Numbered from the stretch's first letter, positions 1 through 8,496 are shown. The stretch: 32,000 bases of DNA from Candidatus Pacearchaeota archaeon (GCA_026016245.1 CP061211.1:420001-452000), one strand, 5' to 3'. Notes: a model not told the origin generated them from the sequence alone. Translations and numbers: made by a program.

Positions 1-212
1 ATACTAGCTAAAATCCTTGCTTCATGAATTCTTGATTTCCATAACTTTAGTGCTAGTTCATGATTTTTACCTATCTTTTTACCAAGGTTTCTAATATTTG
101 GCATTGAGATTCCAAGCATAGTTTCTCCTTTAATCCCAAATTGCTTCATACCTTCTATATTTTTTGGATTTCTAAATTTCTTTAATTCTTTAATAATTTG
201 TTCATATTTCAT
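1..212 (-). CDS. DNA alkylation repair enzyme, AlkD-like (N-terminal part; truncated by window edge)
   Basis: Minus-strand translation MKYEQIIKELKKFRNPKNIEGMKQFGIKGETMLGISMPNIRNLGKKIGKNHELALKLWKSRIHEARILAS; the 'LALKLWKSxxHEARILAS' pattern is typical of AlkD/HEAT-like DNA glycosylases. Confidence 0.8.
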   Translation of the reverse strand, partial: MKYEQIIKELKKFRNPKNIEGMKQFGIKGETMLGISMPNIRNLGKKIGKNHELALKLWKSRIHEARILAS

Positions 213-218
213 TTGAAA

Positions 219-290
219 TGCCCCCACGCGGACTCGAACCGCGATCACCGGCTCCGCAAGCCAGCAGTCTATCCATTAACCTATAGGGGC
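219..290 (-). tRNA. tRNA-Arg (anticodon GCG)
   Basis: Reverse complement GCCCCTATAGGTTAATGGATAGACTGCTGGCTTGCGGAGCCGGTGATCGCGGTTCGAGTCCGCGTGGGGGC; acceptor GCCCCTA/TGGGGGC, anticodon loop TTGCGGA, T-arm CGCGG-TTCGAGT-CCGCG. Confidence 0.95.
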
Positions 291-372
291 CAAAATAAAA
301 AAGAAGAGAGAATTAAAAAAGCTTTGGACTTTTGTAATTTTCTGAAAAGAAAAATTAGAGGGGATAACTGAG

Positions 373-1509
373 TTATATAGCTTCCAAGGATGCTTCACAG
401 ATTTTTATATATTTATTCATGATTTTATCCCAATGTAAATAGCTTTTTATTTGTTCTCTAGTTCCTTCTTTTATTTTTAAACTAGTGGTTTCTATAATTT
501 TGTTTAAAACTTTTTCTGCTGAACTGAAATCCTCTAATACCAAATTTGTTAGCCCAAGATCTCTAAATATTTCTGATACCCCCATATTTTCACTAACCAA
601 TGCAGGAGTTCCTGTTGCAATAGCTTCCAGAGACACATTGCCATATGTTTCAAAGTGAGAAGGACATACTATTACTGTCATTTTCATGAAAAATTGCCTT
701 AATTTATAAGTACTCATCTCTGGGACTATCTCTATATCTCTATCTTCTAATTTCTTTCTTATTTCTTTATCTTTTTTTATTTCTGACACTGCTAAAATAT
801 GATAGTTACTGCTCTTTTTATCTAATGCTCTTGCTAAGGATATAAGAAATTCTATATTTTTTATTGGATGGGCTCTGCCTACAAATCCTATTGAATTCTT
901 TTTTTTAGTAATACATTCCTCTTTGAAAAATTCTGGGGCTACACCATTGGGGATGACTATAGAATTCTTGATTTTCCTTCTGAATATTTTTTCTATTTCT
1001 CTCTTAGTAAGTTTTGAAGGGAAAACATAGAAATTATTTGGCCTATCAAAATCCAGTTCTATCTGTTTAAACAGGTGTAATAGGGGGGCTGGAGTACCCG
1101 CCTCTTCTTTTGTTAAAATTCCTGCATAATTAACTATTGTTGGTTTATTAAGGTTTTTTGATGCTTTATATATCATCCAAGGAGCATAGAATGTTCCTTC
1201 AGACAATACCACATCTATTCTTTCATCTTTCATTATTTCTTGAATTTCTTTTATAGTAGGTTTAAGTCTTCTTTCCAAATCATTAATATCCCTAAGTCCC
1301 CTATAAATATCCATCGAACAATTTACTCCTTTTCCGACAGTAAGGTGATAAATCTTCACAGAGCCTCTTTCTTCTATTTTAGGTTTTTCTTTTGTTATGC
1401 CTATGACTACTAATGGGATTCCTTTTTCTTCACAATAGCGAATCATTTCATTAGCTCTTCTCGCTATCCCCCCTCCAGAATGTAAATTTGTGTTTGTTAA
1501 GATTCTCAT
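373..1509 (-). CDS. Glycosyltransferase, GT4/GT-B family
   Basis: N-terminal HSGGGIARRANEMI and C-terminal SIGFVGRAHPIKNI...CPSHFETYGNVSLEAIATGTPALVSENMGVSEIF are typical GT4 motifs. The ORF track starts at 1524 (TTG); the first ATG is at 1509. Confidence 0.88.
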   Translation of the reverse strand: MRILTNTNLHSGGGIARRANEMIRYCEEKGIPLVVIGITKEKPKIEERGSVKIYHLTVGKGVNCSMDIYRGLRDINDLERRLKPTIKEIQEIMKDERIDVVLSEGTFYAPWMIYKASKNLNKPTIVNYAGILTKEEAGTPAPLLHLFKQIELDFDRPNNFYVFPSKLTKREIEKIFRRKIKNSIVIPNGVAPEFFKEECITKKKNSIGFVGRAHPIKNIEFLISLARALDKKSSNYHILAVSEIKKDKEIRKKLEDRDIEIVPEMSTYKLRQFFMKMTVIVCPSHFETYGNVSLEAIATGTPALVSENMGVSEIFRDLGLTNLVLEDFSSAEKVLNKIIETTSLKIKEGTREQIKSYLHWDKIMNKYIKICEASLEAI

Positions 1510-1623
1510 GTTATTATTGACCAAAAAACCTGTGGAGTATCAAAAAGGTAATTCTTTAAAAATTTTTCCTAAAAAACATGGCTTTGCTACCACCTGGGAA
1601 CAAAATTAAACAAATTCAAATAA

Positions 1624-3936
1624 CTAAACCAAAGTTTCTTGTTTTTCAGTCTCAATTATTGCTTCTCCATACTGGCCATCAAAACCTGGTTTTACTTTAA
1701 TTTTCTCCCCTCTATTTTTCAAGATAGCAGATGCAATTTTATCTGTTGTTATCTTTCTTAAATCTTCTACTGGAACATTTAGAAGAATATTATATTCGTC
1801 TTTGAATTTATCTATCAATTTATTATATTCAGCCCATACTTTTTTAGTTGACATTGCTGAATTAAGTAGCTTAGAGAGAATTTCATGTAAAGGTAATAAG
1901 GTATAGAACTTTACAGCTTCTTTTGGTTTGTATCCTTTTTTTCTGTCTGCCAGCTCTTCAACTCTATGTTCTACACCTATTGTTAATGGCTTCTTACATA
2001 TTGGACAGATATTATGGTATTTTTCTATAGCCTCTTTTGGTGAGCATGAAAAGTTGCAAGTCCTGTGTCCATCAAAATGATATTTACCATAAGCAGGATT
2101 AACTTCAATTGTTCCTTTATAACCTTCTTTTGTTCTTATTGCTTTGATAATGTTTTTATATGTTAGTTTAGGCAGATCAAAAATAGTTGCTTCTCTTCCT
2201 AAACGCCATGGCCAGAATGAGTGTAGGTCTGAAAAAGAGGTTATTGTGTATTTATCTAATATACTAAGTCGCCAATTCATTTCAGGGTCAGAATTTCCAC
2301 ACCAAACAGGGATCCCATTCCTTCTAATATAAATGATATGATTTGGAACCTCAAGACAGTACACAAAACCATCATAATTAACCCACGATTCTTTATAGTT
2401 ATATTTTTTGACAATTGAAGGTAGAACTGTATGGGTATTCTTCCTGATAAAGTAGATCACCCACGAATCTTCTGATTGTCTATAGCTTTTTAGTTTAGCA
2501 TGTGGTAACGAAGTAATTGGCGTGCCTTTTTTAAGATGTAATTTATAATATGCAGAAATACCCATTTTCAAAGCAATTTCTTGAAGATCATCTCGTAGCC
2601 TAGTAGAAATAGTAGTTGCAGATAAACCTTTTCTATTTCTTCCATAAATATGACCATCCCCTTTAATGTAATACTCAAAAAAGATTTCTAAAAGTTCTTT
2701 TGATAAAGATTTTATTTCTAGAGGGATAAATTTATTATAGCTTTTTCCAAATTGCTTAAGATAATGAAATAATTGATAATCTCTTACCCTAATCACATTA
2801 TTTCCCTGGTAAATACTATAACCAAAGCTTTCGAGAATTTTCTTCATTTCAAAAAGTAAATCTGTATTTGAGTTAGCTAAACAAACATTATAATCCCCAT
2901 TTTTGCCTTTAGTCGTCCATCCCTCTGCCATCCAAAATCCAAAGAATTTTAACCAAGGTTTTATGGGAATGTGCTTTTCTTTTTTAACTCGAAATCCTTT
3001 GTAATGACGACTTCCATGTTTTATTTTAACAGTTGGTAATGTGAAATATTTTATATTTTTGCCAATCCAGATACCATCTTTTTTAAATCTCTTTGATTTG
3101 TTGAATAAAAATTCTGCTTCTTTAAGAAAAAAATTAGGGGGTTTACGAAAATCACACTTGCTAATCAAAAGTTTATGATTAGGAGTAACTAATAAATCTA
3201 CCCTTTTAGTTTTTAATCTATACATCTTTCCTTTATGTTTATAAGTAAATATTTTTCGTGGTTTCTGAAATTCAATTTTATTATTTTTAATATTTAATGT
3301 GCAAATTTTGTTAGTTTTTTTTACTTGAGGAAATTTTTTCCAACCATTATTAGTTAAAACTTCTGTTTTTTCATCATAACAAGACAGACCTGTTTCAAGA
3401 GCATATATATGTTTGACTTGATCTTCAAATGCCTCTTCAAAACTATCAAAACCTGATTTACTGCCTAAGACGCCAAACCAGGGTGTCCAAATATGTGCTG
3501 GTATAACTTCTATATCTTGTGATATGGATTTTAATGCTTCTGTAACTTCAGGTAAAGGCATTCCAAAAATAGGTCTGCCATCATAGTCTAAACGGCCTTT
3601 TTTTCCTAGATAACTATTGATTTGTTCTACTATTTCAAGATTTGGGGCTAAGATGACGATATGAACTCTCCTTCCTTTATTTCCTTGAGTGTACATTAAT
3701 GAAATTTCTGTTTGCAGAATGAAAGGAAAGCCATTTGCTGTTTTTAAGATTCCTGTATCTTGCTCTTCTAAATATTGCTTTATCTCCTGAAGCCATAAAG
3801 GATGTGTAAAATCACTTGTTCCTAGCAAGTTAACACCTTTAATTTTTGCCCATTTTTCTAGGTTGGGAATACTAAGCTCATGACTTGTTGCTCTTGAGAA
3901 TCTGCTATGTATGTGTAAATCAGCTATAGTTTGCAT
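1624..3936 (-). CDS. Endonuclease Q-like PHP-domain nuclease precursor, interrupted by an in-frame intein
   Basis: Extein: MQTIADLHIHSRFSRATS, LLGTSDFTHP, PAHIWTPWFGVLGSKSGFDS, LETGLS/SDPEMNWRLSILDKYTITSFSDLHS, and a C-terminal zinc region CPICKKPLTIGVEHRVEELADR. Intein begins CYDEKTEVLTNNGWKKF and ends RRNGIPVWCGN|S. Confidence 0.85.
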   Translation of the reverse strand: MQTIADLHIHSRFSRATSHELSIPNLEKWAKIKGVNLLGTSDFTHPLWLQEIKQYLEEQDTGILKTANGFPFILQTEISLMYTQGNKGRRVHIVILAPNLEIVEQINSYLGKKGRLDYDGRPIFGMPLPEVTEALKSISQDIEVIPAHIWTPWFGVLGSKSGFDSFEEAFEDQVKHIYALETGLSCYDEKTEVLTNNGWKKFPQVKKTNKICTLNIKNNKIEFQKPRKIFTYKHKGKMYRLKTKRVDLLVTPNHKLLISKCDFRKPPNFFLKEAEFLFNKSKRFKKDGIWIGKNIKYFTLPTVKIKHGSRHYKGFRVKKEKHIPIKPWLKFFGFWMAEGWTTKGKNGDYNVCLANSNTDLLFEMKKILESFGYSIYQGNNVIRVRDYQLFHYLKQFGKSYNKFIPLEIKSLSKELLEIFFEYYIKGDGHIYGRNRKGLSATTISTRLRDDLQEIALKMGISAYYKLHLKKGTPITSLPHAKLKSYRQSEDSWVIYFIRKNTHTVLPSIVKKYNYKESWVNYDGFVYCLEVPNHIIYIRRNGIPVWCGNSDPEMNWRLSILDKYTITSFSDLHSFWPWRLGREATIFDLPKLTYKNIIKAIRTKEGYKGTIEVNPAYGKYHFDGHRTCNFSCSPKEAIEKYHNICPICKKPLTIGVEHRVEELADRKKGYKPKEAVKFYTLLPLHEILSKLLNSAMSTKKVWAEYNKLIDKFKDEYNILLNVPVEDLRKITTDKIASAILKNRGEKIKVKPGFDGQYGEAIIETEKQETLV
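2293..3381 (-). mobile_element. Intein (363 aa) with LAGLIDADG-type homing endonuclease, inserted in the EndoQ-like gene
   Basis: Cys1 codon TGT at 3381-3379; block A CYDEKTEVLTNNGWKKF; block B VDLLVTPNHKLLI; endonuclease motifs LKFFGFWMAEGW and EIFFEYYIKGDGH; block F VYCLEVPNHIIYIRRNGIPVWCGN with Ser+1. Removing it gives GLETGLS-SDPEMNWR. Confidence 0.93.
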
Positions 3937-3988
3937 TTTATAGGAAAGTAAAAAAGATTTTTATATGTTTATATACTCTTTTGGATAT

Positions 3989-4070
3989 GCCGGGATGGCC
4001 CAATGGTAAGGCGCAGCCCTGGAAAGGCTGTTTCCGTAAGGATATCTGGGTTCGAATCCCAGTCCCGGCG
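3989..4070 (+). tRNA. tRNA-Ser (anticodon GGA), long variable arm
   Basis: GCCGGGATGGCCCAATGGTAAGGCGCAGCCCTGGAAAGGCTGTTTCCGTAAGGATATCTGGGTTCGAATCCCAGTCCCGGCG; acceptor GCCGGGA/TCCCGGC, anticodon loop CTGGAAA, variable hairpin TCC-GTAA-GGA. Confidence 0.95.
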
Positions 4071-4083
4071 CTTCCCAAGAAAA

Positions 4084-4710
4084 ATGAAATATAAAGAGCT
4101 AAAAACACTAAACCAAATTATTCTTTCTACTAGAGAACCAGGAGAACGCCAGACTTTATCTCCAGTAGTGAATATACTACTTCCAACACAAAGATACTTA
4201 ATTATTAGTTCTGATCCATCTTCAGATACCGACAAAACTAAAGATCCTCTAGAGAAACATTCAGGATTTGAAGCAAGAATACTGGCCCTCATGTTTTATG
4301 GTTCAGATGATGCACAAACTGTAGTCAAAATTAGACCCCACTACAAAGAATATAAGGAACTATTTTTTAAGAATTTTTACTGGACTCATTTTTCTAAAAT
4401 CTATGCTAGAGGAAAACCTAATTCTTTCTGGGCCGACAAGTTTTTGATTAAGGAAGTTAAGTTATTTGAGCCTGAATGCATAATAGTATTCGGCAGTATT
4501 GTGACAGATTTCCTTTTTGGAAGGGGAAAATTCATTGATAGAATAAACAAGGTTCTTTTGTGGAATAATATCCCAACAATTTGTTGTCTTCATCCTTCAA
4601 AAGACTGGAATATTCGTCGTCGTAATGAATATAGTTTTTATGCAACTTGGAAATTGATAAGACAAAAATGTAAGTTCTACCATAAAGAGGAAGTTGAAAA
4701 ATTAAAATAG
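4084..4710 (+). CDS. Uracil-DNA glycosylase superfamily-like protein
   Basis: The 4003..4710 ORF overlaps the tRNA, so the start was moved to ATG 4084. Superfamily-like motifs: YLIISSDPSSDTDK, FYWTHFSKIYARGKPN, LFEPECIIVFGSIVTDFLFG, CCLHPSKDWN. Confidence 0.55.
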   Translation: MKYKELKTLNQIILSTREPGERQTLSPVVNILLPTQRYLIISSDPSSDTDKTKDPLEKHSGFEARILALMFYGSDDAQTVVKIRPHYKEYKELFFKNFYWTHFSKIYARGKPNSFWADKFLIKEVKLFEPECIIVFGSIVTDFLFGRGKFIDRINKVLLWNNIPTICCLHPSKDWNIRRRNEYSFYATWKLIRQKCKFYHKEEVEKLK

Positions 4711-4713
4711 ATA

Positions 4714-4732
4714 GCTCGAGGGCTCGCTTAGG
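4714..4732. repeat. Copy A of dispersed GC-rich repeat (GCTCGAGGGCTCGCTTAGG)
   Basis: 19-nt exact match to 8995-9013. Confidence 0.85.
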
Positions 4733-4780
4733 ATAACTTTTTATAATAACAATTTTTTAGATAAATAAGGTTAGGGGAAA

Positions 4781-5395
4781 ATGATAAAAAATATTGAATT
4801 TATCTGCTCTGGTAATAAAGATAGAAGCCCAACAGCACAAGGCTATGCAGAATTAGTGCTATCAAAAAATAGAATTTATGAAGTAAAGATAATTTCTAGT
4901 GGGACACAGGTTGATATAGCGAAAAAGTTTGATGAGTTTGATGAATTAGATGATCTCAACTTAAGAGAATTTGTCTTGCCTTATATTCCTACTGCATCTA
5001 ATAATGGATTTATTTCAGAAGAAGAAGCAGAAAAAATAAAAGAAGGTATTGAAATAAGGCCAATCATAAAAAGAATTGTGGGGATTTTTTTAAAAAAGAG
5101 TGAAGAATATAGAAAAAAAATAGTAGAAGAAAAAAGTTATTTAGCACCTTATTTAATTAATCATTCACCAAATCAAACAATAGTCAGACCACAAACAGAA
5201 TTAATTCTTCCTATATCAAAAGGAAATTTAGAAAGAACAATCAAGATTTATGAGAACACAAACAAAAAACCATGGATAGAATTATTAGCAGATATTTCTG
5301 ATCCTTTTCCTTCAGATTATGGAATGTATAAGAACACCCTAGAAAGAGTAGAATCAGCTGTCTTAAATAAGTTAAAAGAAATTTATGAATTTTGA
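4781..5395 (+). CDS. Low-molecular-weight protein tyrosine phosphatase-like protein
   Basis: N-terminal IEFICSGNKDRSPTAQGYAELVL matches the CX5RS P-loop near the N-terminus of LMW-PTPs. The C-terminal half is unusual and I cannot assign it. Confidence 0.6.
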   Translation: MIKNIEFICSGNKDRSPTAQGYAELVLSKNRIYEVKIISSGTQVDIAKKFDEFDELDDLNLREFVLPYIPTASNNGFISEEEAEKIKEGIEIRPIIKRIVGIFLKKSEEYRKKIVEEKSYLAPYLINHSPNQTIVRPQTELILPISKGNLERTIKIYENTNKKPWIELLADISDPFPSDYGMYKNTLERVESAVLNKLKEIYEF

Positions 5396-6625
5396 TAAAA
5401 TGGATTTAGAGCAAATCAAAAGAGCACAGTTCGCAGCAAGAGAACCAGATGTCCCTTTATTTTGGCAGACGTTATCTACATATGCTAAAGGAGATTATCT
5501 TATGTTGGCGAAGCCACCCCTTTCAGAAGTCTATTATTTAAATAGTAGTGGGAATATTGAATCAGAAATAGGTTACAATACTTTCCGGAAAGTAGAAAAT
5601 GTAAAAGAAATAATTTTGAAATACAGCTCATTTTTAGATAGATTGGAAGATTTCTCAAAACGATTAAAAAAAGAGAATATAAGGGGTATAGAAGATGAAG
5701 AAATAAAGAAACTTTTCTATGAGATAATAGAGTTTTTATCTGAAGTGATGGAGATTTATAAATACACGGAAGCTGCACGATTTGAGAAGATTGAGAAACA
5801 TATTTATAATTTTTTAGATAAAAAAATAGAAGATAAAAATAAGGTTAAAGAAATTCTTCTTAAATTAATTTCTAATGAAAAGACTACTGGAGTTATGAAT
5901 GAAGAAAAATCAAATCTTTTGAGGGTGTTTGGAGCAGATGATGAAATCTATAATTTTGTTTTTGCTGTTTCTAAGCTGTCCTATCTTAGATTTAAATTAA
6001 AAGAAAATCTGATGAAAGTTGTTCAAGAAGATATTTATCCGATACTTCAAGAAATAGGGACAAGATTTAAAATAACACTAGAAGAGATGTTTATAACTAA
6101 AATTGATGAATTTGAAAAAATTTTAGATGGAAAAACTAAACCATTAGAGGAAATATATAAAAAAAGAATGAAAGGATATGCATTTCTCCAACTGAATGGA
6201 AAAAGAGAAGTTATTGAAGGAACTGAATTTGAAAGATTAGATGAGCACATTCATAATTTAACTATTAAAAAGGAGATAACTGAGATTAAGGGCCAAACAG
6301 CTATGAAAGGAAAAATTATTGGGAAAGTCAGAAAAATAATGGATTACGAAAGAGAAATGAAAAATTTTATAGAGCGATTTAAAAAAGGAGATATTATAGT
6401 TACTGGAATGACTCAACAAACATAACCGTTCTTACTGGGAAGGCTGGTGCGATAGTAACTGATGAAGGAGGCATAATCTGTCATGCAGCGATTATCTCTA
6501 GAGAATTTGGAGTTCCTTGTATTATTGGTACAAAAATTGCTACAAAAGTTTTAAAAGAAGGCGAATTAGTGGAAGTTGACGCTGATAATGGAGTAATAAA
6601 AAGATTAGAAAATAATATCAAGTAA
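5385..6625 (+). pseudogene. PEP-utilising enzyme mobile (swivelling phosphohistidine) domain protein, reading frame interrupted
   Basis: ORF 5385..6425 ends ...[12 protein letters not shown]. The -1 frame continues [68 protein letters not shown] to 6625. Adding one A to the AAA run at 6418-6420 restores a continuous domain ([15 protein letters not shown]). Confidence 0.75.
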
Positions 6626-6643
6626 AAAGATAAAAATAAATAA

Positions 6644-6670
6644 CTTGAGGGCTTGCTTAGGCTGGGTTTT
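6644..6670. repeat. Copy B of dispersed repeat (CTTGAGGGCTTGCTTAGGCTGGGTTTT)
   Basis: 24/27 identity to 8996-9022; contains the stop codon of the HAM1 gene. Confidence 0.8.
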
Positions 6671-7250
6671 CTAAATATAAAGAATACCATTTAGCAAAAT
6701 TTCTGCCTGTAGCATTAGCTTCTAATGAAGTTTTAGTCCACATAACATATTCTTCATGTGTCATTTCTGCAAGAGTTTTATCATAATTTTCTGGGATAAA
6801 TATTAAGCCTATTTCAGACCATAAATGTTCTTGCATTTTCCCTCTTATCTTCTCAGCAAGTATTCCTTTAATATGACTAATAAAATATTTCGGATTTTTA
6901 AGACTCTTATCAATATATGCAAGGCATTCTCTAAATTCACAATTTCTTTTTTTATTTTCAACTAATTTTAAGATTCCTTCAAGACCTATTGTCTCTAGAG
7001 CAAAGTTAGCAAAAGCCTTTGGAAAACCATTTAATGAAGGAATATAAAAACCAGCATCTAAAGCTACAACTGGTTTCTTAAGTTCATTATAGGCAAATAA
7101 TACTTTTTCTTTTGCAATCTTAACAACATCATCAGACCTAGGTTCATGAATCTCTAATGGGGCTTGAAGAACTTTTACATTATATTTTTCTAATTCTCTC
7201 TGCAAAGATTGTATTTTGCCTTGATTTTTAGTAGCATAGAATAATTCCAT
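6657..7250 (-). CDS. Non-canonical purine NTP pyrophosphatase, HAM1/RdgB (ITPase) family
   Basis: MELFYATKNQGKIQSLQREL...VVALDAGFYIPSLNGFPKAFANFALETIGLEGIL matches the TxNxGK and LxAGxxxxxLNGxPG-like pattern of the family. Confidence 0.85.
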   Translation of the reverse strand: MELFYATKNQGKIQSLQRELEKYNVKVLQAPLEIHEPRSDDVVKIAKEKVLFAYNELKKPVVALDAGFYIPSLNGFPKAFANFALETIGLEGILKLVENKKRNCEFRECLAYIDKSLKNPKYFISHIKGILAEKIRGKMQEHLWSEIGLIFIPENYDKTLAEMTHEEYVMWTKTSLEANATGRNFAKWYSLYLENPA

Positions 7251-7348
7251 TTCAATGTCAGCTTTTTATTGTTAATAAAGACTATTATAGTAAAATATTA
7301 GAACACAAAAATATATAAATTCCTGTACATTTTAATAAAAAAGTTAAA

Positions 7349-7537
7349 ATGTCACACAATATGTATAGATTAACACCAGATGGACATTATAAAAAGGTAG
7401 ATATAACAGAAGAGATGAAGTTACTAAAACGAGCAGGAAAGAATATGGAAAATGCAAGAAAGGAAGGATATCTAGAGAAACTTAAAATAAGAACAGAGGT
7501 TGTAAGAGGAATATTAAAAGTTTTTATGGCTCGATAA
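7349..7537 (+). CDS. Small hypothetical protein (62 aa)
   Basis: Intact ORF MSHNMYRLTPDGHYKKVDITEEMKLLKRAG...; same strand as, and just upstream of, the next ORF. Confidence 0.45.
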   Translation: MSHNMYRLTPDGHYKKVDITEEMKLLKRAGKNMENARKEGYLEKLKIRTEVVRGILKVFMAR

Positions 7538-7585
7538 TAAAAGAAATAATTTTAACATTTATAAGATATTTGGTTGGAGGTATTT

Positions 7586-8395
7586 ATGACACACTATTCA
7601 GAAAGAAAAGTTCCAAAAAACTTTGAAGATACATCATATATGCAATCTACAAGAAAGTATCTTATAGAAAAGATAGCAAATGCATTATCAGAACCAGAAA
7701 AAACTATTTTTATGGGCTTAAATAACATAATTATCTTTTTTGATAGGAATGTTGATAGCCAAAAACTTCCTGATTCAACTTTTGATAAAATTCTAAAAAT
7801 CTTACAAGGCAGAGATATAGATTTTGAATACAAAGAAAGATTATATAATTTTTTAGAAACAGTAGATAAATTACCTTCAGAGAAAAGAAGAAAAAGAATT
7901 TATTATCTTCTAAGAGAACATTTTGAGAATTCAATAAAGAATGTTAAGAGAAGATATCAGGTATTAGATGCAAATAAGATCGAAGAGTTAAGAACAGGAG
8001 AGCACCCGACATTTACTATAGAAACAGTTCTTTTATTCCCAAAACTAGATTTTGATATTTTAGACAAGATAAGTAGGAAATATACAATGGGTGCAAAAAT
8101 GGGAGATGACATGACTGATTTTCAAGATGATGTAAAACAAGGATTTTTATATGTTCCTAAAAAACATGTAAACAAAGTTAAAGGAATTGAGGTAATAGAT
8201 GATCATTATAAAGTAACTGGAGAGCCCATTTTAGAAAAAAATTATATTCAACAAGAATTAAAAGAAGCAAAAAGAATATTTAAAGAGGGGGACCTTATAG
8301 CTCGAGGGCTTAATTTCCCAACTCATTTTGAATATTTTAGAGGGATGATGTATTCTTGGATTGAAGAAGCAGAAGAAGAGGGCATTCTGATTTGA
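7586..8395 (+). CDS. Hypothetical protein with weak resemblance to isoprenoid synthase / squalene-phytoene synthase fold
   Basis: Start moved from 7574 to ATG 7586, preceded by GGAGG at 7576-7580. The stretch KMGDDMTDFQDDVKQGFLYVPKKHV resembles the second Asp-rich motif (RD..eD...GR.Y.P) of trans-prenyltransferase-like head-to-head synthases. Confidence 0.35.
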   Translation: MTHYSERKVPKNFEDTSYMQSTRKYLIEKIANALSEPEKTIFMGLNNIIIFFDRNVDSQKLPDSTFDKILKILQGRDIDFEYKERLYNFLETVDKLPSEKRRKRIYYLLREHFENSIKNVKRRYQVLDANKIEELRTGEHPTFTIETVLLFPKLDFDILDKISRKYTMGAKMGDDMTDFQDDVKQGFLYVPKKHVNKVKGIEVIDDHYKVTGEPILEKNYIQQELKEAKRIFKEGDLIARGLNFPTHFEYFRGMMYSWIEEAEEEGILI

Positions 8396-8449
8396 GATGG
8401 CCAAGTGACTGAGGAGTTGCGATTGAGAGCTCAAGCTCAGTCCCGGCGC
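8391..8449 (+). pseudogene. Degenerate tRNA-Ser-like relic
   Basis: TTTGAGATGGCCAAGTG...AAGCTCAGTCCCGGCG. CAGTCCCGGCGCTT (8438-8451) is identical to the tRNA-Ser 3' end plus flank (4060-4073), and GAGATGGCCAAGTG resembles GGGATGGCCCAATG. The anticodon arm is missing and the 5' acceptor does not pair. Confidence 0.55.
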
Positions 8450-8496
8450 TTTTAGAATTCTGATATTTAGAAACCCTTGCCGATATTCTTGTGGTT

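Noticed and set aside
2144-2332. Plus-strand 62-aa ORF
   Set aside because: Antisense to the intein/EndoQ ORF with no supporting motif.
4003-4083. N-terminal extension of ORF 4003..4710 (MVRRSPGKAVSVRISGFESQSRRFPRK)
   Set aside because: It is a translation of the tRNA-Ser gene; a sensible ATG exists at 4084.
3969-4292. Minus-strand ORF of 107 aa
   Set aside because: Overlaps tRNA-Ser and the start of the UDG-like CDS antisense; no family resemblance.
6405-6425. Programmed -1 ribosomal frameshifting at the PEP-utilising gene
   Set aside because: No X XXY YYZ slippery heptamer in the correct phase (ACT CAA CAA ACA TAA); a homopolymer indel is the simpler explanation.
8391-8449. Functional or trans-spliced tRNA at the tRNA-Ser-like relic
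   Set aside because: T-arm loop is non-canonical (8 nt, no TTCRA), the 5' acceptor strand is missing and no anticodon stem is visible; erosion is more likely.
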